In this document: positions 19,740-28,921 of the stretch, in pieces | Layout: the number at the start of each line of letters is the position of its first letter | Position numbering within the stretch: the first letter of the stretch is position 1 | Assembly: GCA_913050005.1 (NCBI GenBank) | Contig: CAJXBI010000001.1 | Span: forward strand, 16,566 to 80,565 | Origin: an uncultured Bacteroidota bacterium | GTDB taxonomy: Bacteria; Bacteroidota; Bacteroidia; NS11-12g; UBA9320 | Direction of reading: 5' to 3' | Length of the DNA: 64,000 bases | Program-made: the position numbers and the translations under genes | The notes under the pieces: generated by a model | What the model saw: only the letters and a program-made list of their open reading frames with translations | What the model was told of the DNA's origin: nothing | The model's database searches: none

Positions 19740-19832
19740 ATTAAAATATAAATGTTTATCATTTCAAAGACATTATTTTAATATGGTTAAACAAAAGCCC
19801 TCAAAATACTGTTTTGGGGGCTTATTATTTAT
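19740..19832 (+). ncRNA. Candidate stand-alone small RNA (~90 nt) or micropeptide transcript
   Basis: Own -7 box TAAATTTG (19727-19734); hairpin TGTTTATCAT...ATGGTTAAACA (19753-19793); terminator-like hairpin AAGCCCTCAAAA/TTTTGGGGGCTT (19795-19823) with a T-rich tail. Both flanking genes already have their own terminators. Confidence 0.5.
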
Positions 19833-19861
19833 TTTATTTTGCCAAAATTGTTCAGTGTCTT

Positions 19862-19893
19862 AAATAAAAAAGCCCCGATAAAAATTGAGGCTT
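19862..19893 (-). terminator. Rho-independent terminator of the PGI/PMI gene
   Basis: Minus strand AAGCCTCAAT-TTTT-ATCGGGGCTT then a T-run, ~30 nt after the stop at 19921. Confidence 0.7.
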
Positions 19894-19920
19894 CTGACAA
19901 TGTATTTTTAAGTTGAAATG

Positions 19921-20916
19921 CTAATCTTTTTTGACTTCCAAATCACTCAAAAATCCTTTAAGATTCATAATGATCGGTACATTCATTAAATCAGAACCTA
20001 ACTCTTTAGCAAGCAGAATACTTACCCAGTCTAGTCGGTATATAACATCAAAAATAGCTTGTAGTGAGTATTCTGGAATTTGCATTGGTAAAATGATGTT
20101 GTTATCCAATTCTAAATGTGAAATTAGAAAATCAAAGCGGGCAGCCACCCGTGGATTTTGATTTGAGTAGAGCATAATAAAATTAGTATCTAATCTGTCA
20201 GTGTAACTCTCTATTGCATTGTGGTTAGCTTCTGGAAGTACATTCACAAATCCTTCAAGTTTTGAATTTTCTTGAAGTTGTTGTGAGAATCTAACGGCTA
20301 CTGGTGCATATTCTCTATCTGCTACAATTACAAATTTTTTACGAATAGTGTTTTTAAAGAAATTAAATATTTGTACACCGCTTTGTTTTTGTCGGTCTCT
20401 ATTCTCTTCAAAATAATCTCTAATTCCTTGAATTATAGGTTTGTAGTCATTCCCTAAAAGTTCTCCAAAAATCATACTAATGAATCCTAGACCTTGACCA
20501 ACAGTCATTCGAGGTTGGTATCCACTTTTAAGATCGTAGATTTTTAGGTTATTTTGAATGGCTAATTCTTTTAGTTTCCCGCCACCAGTTAAAACAATTA
20601 TAGAACATTCTAGTTGATTTGCTTCTTCAAATAGTTGTAAGGTTTCTTCGGTATTACCTGAATAAGAATTAAGAATAACAAGTGTTTTGGAGCTCGCAAA
20701 TTTTGGTAGATGATAGTCAGCAACAGTTTCAATAGGGACGGGACATTTGTCAAAAAACCAGTTTTTTGCCAAAACTGCTCCAATACCACTTCCACCGAGA
20801 CCTCCCATAATTATATTGTCAAATTGGTTGACATTCATTTCATGGCTTTTGTAATTCTTTATCACAAAATCGAATTGCTCTGTAAAATTATCTAATGAAG
20901 TTTCATGTGTAATCAT
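19921..20916 (-). CDS. Bifunctional phosphoglucose/phosphomannose isomerase (SIS-domain PGI/PMI type)
   Basis: GLGGSG, SYSGNTEET, TGGGKL, QPR, QENSK, PEANHNAIE, C-terminal PIIMNLK; promoter-like TATTTTTG at 20952-20945. Confidence 0.88.
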   Translation of the reverse strand: MITHETSLDNFTEQFDFVIKNYKSHEMNVNQFDNIIMGGLGGSGIGAVLAKNWFFDKCPVPIETVADYHLPKFASSKTLVILNSYSGNTEETLQLFEEANQLECSIIVLTGGGKLKELAIQNNLKIYDLKSGYQPRMTVGQGLGFISMIFGELLGNDYKPIIQGIRDYFEENRDRQKQSGVQIFNFFKNTIRKKFVIVADREYAPVAVRFSQQLQENSKLEGFVNVLPEANHNAIESYTDRLDTNFIMLYSNQNPRVAARFDFLISHLELDNNIILPMQIPEYSLQAIFDVIYRLDWVSILLAKELGSDLMNVPIIMNLKGFLSDLEVKKD

Positions 20917-21000
20917 ATTTTATTCTTAATACTTTTGTGGGGTGCAAAAATAATCAGATTAACGGTTAACACCTTTCTGTTTAGCATAGATTTTAGTAAA

Positions 21001-22044
21001 ATGTCAAATACATCAAATAATGCCATTAAAATAGTTGAAGATGAGCTTTTTATCAATTATACATTCACTGTGGATGATGGTCAAGAGCCACTCCGCATCG
21101 ATAAGTATTTGGCGAGTAAAATAGAGCGAGCTAGCCGAAATAAACTTCAGGAAGCAATAGATCAAAAGCATATTTTCGTTGATGGAAAAGCTGTAAAATC
21201 CAATTATAAGGTAAAACCTAAAAATTATATTGAAGTATTAGTGGATAAGGAACCTACTGAACTAGAAGTAATCCCCCAGAATATTCCACTTGATATTGTT
21301 TATGAAGATGATGATTTGATGATTATTAATAAGGAAGCGGGGATGGTAGTTCACCCAGGATATGGAAATCATTCGGGTACACTTCTTAATGCGTTAGCTT
21401 TCTTATTGGATAAAAAAGCAACACATCGTGGAAAAAGACCTTGGTTAGTTCATCGGATAGATAAAAATACAAGTGGCCTATTGGTGACTGCTAAAAATGA
21501 TCAGTCAATGGCACATCTATCTCAACAATTTAAAGACCATACTATTGAGCGAACATATCAAGCTTTAGTTTGGGGTAGTCCTCAAGAAAACCAAGGCACA
21601 TTGTCAACTATTATTGGACGTGATAAGTATAATCGAAAAAAGTTTAGTGTGTTATCAGACGATGAGAATCGTGGTAAACATGCGATTACCCATTATAAAA
21701 TCTTAGAGGATTTTATATATACAAGTTTAGTAGAATGCAAACTAGAAACTGGTCGTACACATCAAATTAGGGTTCATATGAAGCATTTAGGACATCCTCT
21801 ATTTAGTGATGATAATTATGGAGGGAATCGCATTCTTAAAGGAGTAGTTTTTAGTAAGTACAAACAATTCGTAGATAATTGCTTTAGTATTTTACCTCGA
21901 CAGGGTTTGCATGCTAAATCTTTAGGATTTCAGCACCCGAGTACTAATGAGTGGATGCAATTTGAAACTGATCTCCCTCATGATATGCAAACTGTCGTTA
22001 ATAAATGGAGAGATGCTTCTAAAACTTATGGTTTTAATAATTAG
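21001..22044 (+). CDS. rluD: RluA family 23S rRNA pseudouridine synthase, RluD-like (S4 domain)
   Basis: RIDKYL, NKEAGMVVHPG, catalytic VHRIDKNTSGL, LETGRTHQIRVHM, RQGLHA; start set at ATG 21001. Confidence 0.88.
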   Translation: MSNTSNNAIKIVEDELFINYTFTVDDGQEPLRIDKYLASKIERASRNKLQEAIDQKHIFVDGKAVKSNYKVKPKNYIEVLVDKEPTELEVIPQNIPLDIVYEDDDLMIINKEAGMVVHPGYGNHSGTLLNALAFLLDKKATHRGKRPWLVHRIDKNTSGLLVTAKNDQSMAHLSQQFKDHTIERTYQALVWGSPQENQGTLSTIIGRDKYNRKKFSVLSDDENRGKHAITHYKILEDFIYTSLVECKLETGRTHQIRVHMKHLGHPLFSDDNYGGNRILKGVVFSKYKQFVDNCFSILPRQGLHAKSLGFQHPSTNEWMQFETDLPHDMQTVVNKWRDASKTYGFNN

Positions 22045-23033
22045 GGCCTGAAATAACTTCGTTTTACCAATAATTTACCTATAGTATACTCTTGAACGGT
22101 CACCAAATAAGGAAAGTTTGTGAGTGTAGCAAAATAGCGTTCGGTATCCTCTAAAATTAACTGTCCTCGTTTATCGTATAATGAATTACCCATTTGAAAA
22201 GAGCCTTTACGGTGCATTTTTAATTGAATTGATTTCCCAACATAAGGTGTAACTTTAACACTTATAAATGGTATGGCATTTTTTATTGAATCTTTCTGTT
22301 CTTGATCTAGGTAATTTGCATAACCCTCAAAATTTTTGAATGAAAAAAGCGAAAAATAACTTCGTGCAGCTGATTGAGAAAACGAGTTTATTTTTGGTAT
22401 AATGTTATAAGAAGAATCTAATTGATTGATTTGAAAAGATTCACTTGAATCCAAATGATGTAAAACCTCAATTGACTTTATTTCTTCAGAAGAAAAATCA
22501 AAAACAGTTTGATCAAACCAATCCTTTTTTTGGGTGCTAAATTTGGGTTCTAACAAACTAGCAAAACCAAGGATATGAGCTTCATAAGGAGTGTTTGAAC
22601 CATTTATATGTATATAGGTTGATGAACGATCTGGGTTGGATGATCCGACATAATAATCTCGAATACATTTATCTTCTTTAAAAATTTGAACATGAATAGA
22701 TCTTCCGACCATTTTACGAATAACATTTTGCTGAGCAGTTTTAGCAACGGGTCCTTTAATTCGGATATTTTTGATGGTTTCATTTAATAGCGATTCAATT
22801 TTGGGCTTGAACGCTTTTAGTTTGTTATTTACATACCATATCCCTTCATTTTTAGATAAAATCACCTCGTTCCCTTGACGATTCTTCATTTTTATGCGAG
22901 TAATTTTCTCAGGATTTTCAACAGCAAAGCGATTTATATCTCTAAAATTAGTTTGTTCATTTTTACTAAAGATTTTCCATATACAAAAGATAGTAACTAA
23001 AACAACAGCTATTATAATTATTGATTTTTTCAT
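22041..23033 (-). CDS. Membrane-anchored periplasmic protein, DUF4340-like
   Basis: N-terminal TM anchor, then FAVENPEKITRI...LSK.EG.WYVN and a second DFSSEEIKSIEV repeat, resembling DUF4340 proteins; family call from pattern recognition only. Confidence 0.6.
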   Translation of the reverse strand: MKKSIIIIAVVLVTIFCIWKIFSKNEQTNFRDINRFAVENPEKITRIKMKNRQGNEVILSKNEGIWYVNNKLKAFKPKIESLLNETIKNIRIKGPVAKTAQQNVIRKMVGRSIHVQIFKEDKCIRDYYVGSSNPDRSSTYIHINGSNTPYEAHILGFASLLEPKFSTQKKDWFDQTVFDFSSEEIKSIEVLHHLDSSESFQINQLDSSYNIIPKINSFSQSAARSYFSLFSFKNFEGYANYLDQEQKDSIKNAIPFISVKVTPYVGKSIQLKMHRKGSFQMGNSLYDKRGQLILEDTERYFATLTNFPYLVTVQEYTIGKLLVKRSYFRP

Positions 23034-23200
23034 TCTTGGTATTTCAAAGAAACAATGCTTTTCACAAAATTGGGTAATTGTCTAACGTTTATATTTTGAA
23101 TCTTTTAACAATTTTGAGGATTCTAATTTGACTTATCTAAGTAGCAAAAGAAAAGCGAGTTAAACCTTTATTCTCGGTTGCTTGTTATAAATTTGAAGTT

Positions 23201-24220
23201 GTGAAAAACGGACTCAAGCATCTAAAAAAATTTATTGCTGAACATGAAGAAAGTATAATTGTTTTAGTTGACAAGCATACTTATGCATTATGCTATCCGC
23301 TGTTACATTTGAATTTACCATATATTTTGGTTCCCTATGGGGAGAATTATAAAAATTTAAATAGTTGTGAATATATCTGGAAAAAACTTGTTGAGCTCAA
23401 TGCTAATAGAGAAACTACACTACTTTGTTTGGGTGGAGGAGTTTTGTGTGATATGGGTGCATTTGCGGGTACATGTTATCAAAGAGGGATGTCCCTAGCA
23501 TTAGCCCCTACCAGTTTACTTGCCATGGTTGATGCTAGTATAGGGGGTAAAAATGGAGTTGATTTTTTAGGATTTAAAAATTACATAGGTACGTTCAGTA
23601 AACCAAGTCAAACGTTCATATGTCCTAAATTTTTAAATACATTGCCTTATTTGGAGTTAGTTAATGGATATGTTGAGATGCTCAAACATGGTTTGATAGC
23701 TGATCGATTGCACTATGATCAAGTTAAACTATTTTTTCTGAAAGAAAGACATGAATTGTTACCTCAATTGATTTATGATTCAATAGGTATTAAGACTCAA
23801 CTGGTTGAAGAAGATTTTAGAGATTTAGGGGTTAGAAGGAGGCTTAATTTTGGTCATACAATAGGTCATGCAATAGAAGCGAACAGCCTTAGTGTAAGCG
23901 AGGAAAATCAGGCTTTATCTCACGGAGTGGCTGTGGCATTGGGGATGGTAGTTGAAAGTTATATTAGTCATAAGATGACTGGACTTTCTTCTGACCAATT
24001 GAATGAAATATCAACAGTTCTCAGTGGAATAGTTAAATCGGTTTATAACGAAATCCCAGAAATAGATGAATTGATGCCTTATCTGAAAAGAGATAAAAAG
24101 AACCACAATCATTTAATTAATTGTACCCTAATTAAGCAGATAGGTGAAGCTAATCAGGATTATGAAGTTGAGGAAGACTTGATTAAAGCAGGTTTAGATT
24201 ATTTGAAAAGTTTAAAATGA
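23201..24220 (+). CDS. aroB: 3-dehydroquinate synthase
   Basis: GENYK, LGGGVLCDMGAF, PTSLLAMVDASIGGKNG, EMLKHGLI, LNFGHTIGHAIE, HGVAVALG, DKKN; TAAATTTG 5 nt before the GTG. Confidence 0.95.
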   Translation: MKNGLKHLKKFIAEHEESIIVLVDKHTYALCYPLLHLNLPYILVPYGENYKNLNSCEYIWKKLVELNANRETTLLCLGGGVLCDMGAFAGTCYQRGMSLALAPTSLLAMVDASIGGKNGVDFLGFKNYIGTFSKPSQTFICPKFLNTLPYLELVNGYVEMLKHGLIADRLHYDQVKLFFLKERHELLPQLIYDSIGIKTQLVEEDFRDLGVRRRLNFGHTIGHAIEANSLSVSEENQALSHGVAVALGMVVESYISHKMTGLSSDQLNEISTVLSGIVKSVYNEIPEIDELMPYLKRDKKNHNHLINCTLIKQIGEANQDYEVEEDLIKAGLDYLKSLK

Positions 24221-25455
24221 TTCGATTATCGAATAGCAAAAAACAGTTATTTGGAGAGGTTATTTTGCCTAGTTCAAAGAGCGTCACTAATCGAATGTTG
24301 ATACTTAAAAAACTCTATGAGCCACAGCTAATTTTAGACAATATATCAGAGGCAAATGATTCTCAAGTTTTAAAAAATATCTTGGGTTCAAATGATAATC
24401 ATTTGAATGTGAAAGACGCTGGGACGGCATATCGTTTTTTAACAGCATATTGTGCAGTAACACCTGGGGAATGGACGATTAAAGGCACGACTCGACTTCA
24501 TGAACGACCCATAGCAGATTTGGTAGAGACACTAAAAAGGTTGGGAGCAGACATAAATTATTTAGAGAAACATGGACAGGGACCACTGAGAATTGTGGGG
24601 AAAAAGCTAGGTGTCTCATCTAGCCTAATAGACCTCTCAAAAATTAATAGCAGTCAATTTGCTTCTGCCTTGTTGATGATTGCACCTTTAATTGATGGGG
24701 AATTTAATTTTAAAGTAAATACAAAGATGTCTTCTTATGCTTATGTTTTATTGACAATTGCGTGTTTGAGAAGGATGGGTTTTTCTGTATGGGTTAAGGG
24801 GGCTCATATCAAAGTTTCCAAAAAACAAAAGTTTGACGGGGAATATTTTAAGATTGAACCTGATTGGAGCTCTTTTTATTATTGGATGAGTATGACTCAC
24901 CTTTCAAAAAAAGCAGATTTGTTTTTCCCAGGAGTTAGATTAAACAATATGCAAAAAGAACGAAAAAAACTTTTTGAGATTGGTCACCCAAGTATTGTCA
25001 TGGAGGAACTAAATGATGGAATAAGAATTATAAAATATGCTTCTGACAAACCCTATGTTTTTCCAAAAGAGTTAAACTATAATCAGTTCCCTGATATTTC
25101 TATGACTTTTGCCATCTTGCTTCCTGCGATTGGTTGTAATAAAATTATTTTTAAAGGCTTGCAAAGCTTAAAATATAAAGAGTGTAATCGAGAACTTGCA
25201 ACTAAAGAACATCTTAATAGAGTTGGAGTTAACTTTAAATCAGTTGATGACCATTGGCTTATGTGTGGAGACTCTTTTAATTTAGAAAAAGACACCCTTT
25301 TTAGGTCGTTCAAAGACCATCGTATGGTAATGTGCGTGGCACCACTATCATTGTTAGAACCTATTTGCATTGATGAAGAAACAGTCGTCAAAAAATCATA
25401 CCCAAATTTCTGGGAGGATCTACTTAAGATGGGATTTGAAATTGAGTATCTTTGA
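24217..25455 (+). CDS. aroA: 3-phosphoshikimate 1-carboxyvinyltransferase (EPSP synthase)
   Basis: PSSKSVTNR, DAGTAYRFL, ERPI, SSQFASALL, LKYKECNR, DHRMVM, KSYPNFW. Confidence 0.93.
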   Translation: MIRLSNSKKQLFGEVILPSSKSVTNRMLILKKLYEPQLILDNISEANDSQVLKNILGSNDNHLNVKDAGTAYRFLTAYCAVTPGEWTIKGTTRLHERPIADLVETLKRLGADINYLEKHGQGPLRIVGKKLGVSSSLIDLSKINSSQFASALLMIAPLIDGEFNFKVNTKMSSYAYVLLTIACLRRMGFSVWVKGAHIKVSKKQKFDGEYFKIEPDWSSFYYWMSMTHLSKKADLFFPGVRLNNMQKERKKLFEIGHPSIVMEELNDGIRIIKYASDKPYVFPKELNYNQFPDISMTFAILLPAIGCNKIIFKGLQSLKYKECNRELATKEHLNRVGVNFKSVDDHWLMCGDSFNLEKDTLFRSFKDHRMVMCVAPLSLLEPICIDEETVVKKSYPNFWEDLLKMGFEIEYL

Positions 25456-25459
25456 ACCA

Positions 25460-26515
25460 ATGAATTCTTTTGGAAGACATATCATTCTTACCTCATATGG
25501 GGAATCTCACGGTAAAGCTGTAGGGTCGGTATTAGATGGTTTTCCAGCGGGGTTTGAAGTTGATATTTCATTCATCCAGCAACAATTAGACAGAAGAAAA
25601 CCGGGGCAGTCTAATTTGACCTCACCACGAAAGGAGTCAGACCAGGTAGATATTCAAAGCGGAATATTTGATGGCAAAACAACGGGAGCACCAATTCATT
25701 TCCAATTATTGAATATGGATGCAAAACCACAGGATTATGATCACCTTAAAGAGGTTTTCAGACCAAGTCATGCTGATTATACATATCATGCAAAGTATGG
25801 TGTAAGAGATCATCGTGGAGGAGGAAGGAGTAGTGCGAGAGTAACTGCTGGTTGGGTTGCAGGTGGTGCATTAGTTCAAGATTATCTTCATAAGAACCAT
25901 AATATTTCTATCTCCAGCTATGTTTCACAAATAGGTAATGTTTTGATGGATTCTACGGATAAAAAATTCACATTACCTCAAATTGATGCTTCCCTTGTGC
26001 GTTGTCCAAATAATGAAGTGTCAGACCTTATGATTCAAGCTGTTGAGCAAGCAAAATTATCAAAAGACAGTTTAGGTGGTGTAATCACTTGTGTTATTTC
26101 TGGGATTAAGCCAGGGGTTGGAAATCCTGTTTTTGGAAAATTGAATGCACTTTTAGCTCATGCTATAATGAGTATTAACGCGACTAAAGGCTTTGAGATA
26201 GGTGGAGGATTTAATATGGCTTCTAAAAAAGGTTCAGAGGTAAATGATAATTTTACTAATAAAGGGGGTATAATTCGTACTCAAAGTAATTTTTCAGGGG
26301 GTACACAAGGGGGCATAAGTAATGGTATGGATATTGTTTTTCGGGTAGCTTTTAAACCAACTGCTACAATTGGAATTGAGCAAAACACCCTTAATACATC
26401 TCAAGATGAAATAGTTATAGAAGCTGCTGGCAGACATGACCCATGCGTGGTACCAAGGGCTGTACCAATTGTTGAAAGTATGGCGGCATTAGTTATTGGT
26501 GATTTGATTATCTAA
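25460..26515 (+). CDS. aroC: Chorismate synthase
   Basis: Start ATG 25460 (MNSFG); GESHG, RRKPGQS, RPSHAD, RGGGRSSAR, GGISNG, FKPTATI, GRHDPCV. Confidence 0.97.
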   Translation: MNSFGRHIILTSYGESHGKAVGSVLDGFPAGFEVDISFIQQQLDRRKPGQSNLTSPRKESDQVDIQSGIFDGKTTGAPIHFQLLNMDAKPQDYDHLKEVFRPSHADYTYHAKYGVRDHRGGGRSSARVTAGWVAGGALVQDYLHKNHNISISSYVSQIGNVLMDSTDKKFTLPQIDASLVRCPNNEVSDLMIQAVEQAKLSKDSLGGVITCVISGIKPGVGNPVFGKLNALLAHAIMSINATKGFEIGGGFNMASKKGSEVNDNFTNKGGIIRTQSNFSGGTQGGISNGMDIVFRVAFKPTATIGIEQNTLNTSQDEIVIEAAGRHDPCVVPRAVPIVESMAALVIGDLII

Positions 26516-26518
26516 ATT

Positions 26519-27346
26519 TTGCAAAGATTTATACTTGTATTTCTCAGGTTTTATTTAAGGTTGGTGAATTTTATTTCACCCCGACTCGGCGGTAAACATG
26601 CCTTTTTGTTGTTTTGTTACCCTTTTCCTCTTAAGCTAAAAAAGCATCAATATGAATTTTTAAAATCAGGTAAAATGTCATTTATTGATTTTGAGGGAAA
26701 GCGAGTTGCCCAGTACAATTGGGGTAGTGGTGAGAAAGTAATTTTGTGTTTACATGGTTGGCAGAGTAGCAGTTTTAGGTGGAAGAAATATGTAGAGGCA
26801 TTTGATAAAAAAGAATACACAATTATTTGTTTAGATGCTCCAGCTCATGGTAGGTCGGAAGGAAGACTGTTTAATGTACCTATGTATTCAAGACTGATTC
26901 AACAGTTCCTTGGGCAGAATGAAACAAGTATTATTTTATCCCATAGTTTGGGTGCGTTCAGTACGATGTATCTGTTGAGCAAAAAACCTGAATTGTCTCC
27001 CAAAAAGGTTATTGTATTAGGGACACCTAATAATGCAGATTTTTTCATTGATGAATTCATTCGAGTTTTGGGATTATCACCTGTCATAAGGAAAAATTTA
27101 GTTAATTACTTTTCAAATTATTCTGGAATGAAGACTTCAGATTTTGATTCAAAACTATTTGCTAAAAATCAAAAATCGTCGGGATTAATTATACATGATA
27201 AAAGAGATGTAGAAGCTCCCTTCAATTATGCAAAAGATATGGCTGAAATTTGGCCAAAATCAATTTTTGTGGAAACGGATGGTCTTGGACATAAGCTTAA
27301 ACACGACTTCGTTGTTAAAGAGGTAATGGAGTTCATGGAGAAGTGA
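26519..27346 (+). CDS. Alpha/beta hydrolase
   Basis: LHGW, DAPAHGRSEG, nucleophile SHSLG, IIHDKRD, GLGH (Ser-Asp-His triad). Confidence 0.88.
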   Translation: MQRFILVFLRFYLRLVNFISPRLGGKHAFLLFCYPFPLKLKKHQYEFLKSGKMSFIDFEGKRVAQYNWGSGEKVILCLHGWQSSSFRWKKYVEAFDKKEYTIICLDAPAHGRSEGRLFNVPMYSRLIQQFLGQNETSIILSHSLGAFSTMYLLSKKPELSPKKVIVLGTPNNADFFIDEFIRVLGLSPVIRKNLVNYFSNYSGMKTSDFDSKLFAKNQKSSGLIIHDKRDVEAPFNYAKDMAEIWPKSIFVETDGLGHKLKHDFVVKEVMEFMEK

Positions 27347-27433
27347 TATTATCAATAAAGACATCTGTGAGAATTTAATGCCTTAGCAGTATTTCGTGAT
27401 TTGAGTTAAAAAAAATTACCTAACATTGAACCT

Positions 27434-28840
27434 ATGAAAAAAATAGCTTTACACTGGCAAGTAATTATTGCTCTTGTTCTGGGTGTAATGTATGCTGTTT
27501 TGGCTGTTATTTTAGGTTGGCAGAGCATTACAAAGGCCTACATATCGCCATTTGGAGATATTTTCATAAACCTTCTAAAACTGATTGCTGTGCCATTAGT
27601 CTTGTTTAGCATCATAACGGGAATAGGTAGTCTAAAAAATATTAAACAACTCGGTAGAGTAGGAGTGAAAACACTCTTGATTTATATAGGTACAACAATG
27701 AGTGCAATTCTCATAGGTCTATTGTTGGTTAATCTCATTAAACCAGGTAATTTCACTTCAGATGACTCTAAACTAGAAAAAAGAATCGAATACGAATTAT
27801 GGTTAATGGATAATCCACACGTAATTCCTTTAGATAATGTTAGCGAATTATCAAATGTTGAGAACGAACAACTTATCAAGGATGTTCAGGCAAGAGTTAG
27901 TAAAAGTGAAATCAGCCTAGCTGTACAGGATAAAATAAACAAAGCAAATAACAAAAAAAGTAAGGGACCTTTGGCTCCACTTGTTGATATTGTTCCTAAA
28001 AATGTGATTGTAGCATTGGCTGAAATGGAAATGTTACAGATTATATTTTTTGCGATATTTTTTGGGGTGGTCTTGGTTAATCTAAAAGACAAACATGCAA
28101 AACCAGTTCGGGAACTTATGGAGGGGTTGAATGAGCTATTTGTTGCTATGGTCAACATAATAATTAAAACCATGCCCTTTTTTGTTTTTACCTTAATGGC
28201 AGGTAGCTTGGTGGAGGCAGCTGGTGAGAATATGACTAAGCTCAAAGAACAATTGTTATTTTTAGGGCATTATTCTTGGGTTGTAGTTCTGGCTCTATTT
28301 ATAGTAGCATTTATTTTTTATCCATTACTAATTCAGTTCTTTGTGAAACGACTTTCTATAATGCAATTTCTTAGAGGGATCAGTAAGGCTCAGCTGACTG
28401 CTTTTTCAACTTCTAGTAGCATGGCAACCTTACCAGTTACAATGGAATGTGTTCATTATAATTTGAAGGTGCCAAAACCGATCTCTAGTTTTGTTTTGCC
28501 AATTGGGGCAACGGTTAATATGGATGGCACGAGTTTATATCAAGCAATAGCTGTAGTGGCCATGGCTCAATTTCATATGATAGACCTGAGCTTTGCTCAA
28601 CAAATGATTATTGTTTTAACAGCTACACTAGCAAGTATTGGTGCAGCTGCGGTACCTAGTGCAGGACTAGTACTAATGATTGTAGTTTTAGAAAGTGTGG
28701 GCCTGAATCCTGCTTGGATTGCTATTATACTTCCTGTCGATCGAATATTAGATATGTGTAGAACTGTTGTTAATGTTACGGGAGATGCAACAGTTTCGTC
28801 TATAATTGCAACTTCAGAAGAAGTGAGTGAAAAAAAATAA
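27434..28840 (+). CDS. Dicarboxylate/amino acid:cation symporter (DAACS, GltP/GltPh family)
   Basis: AFSTSSSMATLP, LPIGATVNMDGT, SIGAAAVPSAGL, DRILDMCRTVVNVTGD. Confidence 0.95.
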   Translation: MKKIALHWQVIIALVLGVMYAVLAVILGWQSITKAYISPFGDIFINLLKLIAVPLVLFSIITGIGSLKNIKQLGRVGVKTLLIYIGTTMSAILIGLLLVNLIKPGNFTSDDSKLEKRIEYELWLMDNPHVIPLDNVSELSNVENEQLIKDVQARVSKSEISLAVQDKINKANNKKSKGPLAPLVDIVPKNVIVALAEMEMLQIIFFAIFFGVVLVNLKDKHAKPVRELMEGLNELFVAMVNIIIKTMPFFVFTLMAGSLVEAAGENMTKLKEQLLFLGHYSWVVVLALFIVAFIFYPLLIQFFVKRLSIMQFLRGISKAQLTAFSTSSSMATLPVTMECVHYNLKVPKPISSFVLPIGATVNMDGTSLYQAIAVVAMAQFHMIDLSFAQQMIIVLTATLASIGAAAVPSAGLVLMIVVLESVGLNPAWIAIILPVDRILDMCRTVVNVTGDATVSSIIATSEEVSEKK

Positions 28841-28921
28841 TAGAACAATTATGACTCAAATATGGTTTATATAACTAGATATAAAATGACTATAACTTTT
28901 TATTTGTACTACTATTAAATC

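Noticed and set aside
20905-21000. N-terminal extensions from the ORF track (rluD 20905; likewise aroC 25370, TolC 15119, usp 58874, purB 63007, infA 4463)
   Set aside because: They overlap neighbouring genes or promoter boxes and lie before the family-typical N-termini, so downstream starts were used.
23034-23200. Possible attenuator or riboswitch upstream of aroB-aroA-aroC
   Set aside because: Only weak pairing, no aromatic-rich leader peptide, and the -7 box sits 5 nt from the aroB start, leaving no leader.
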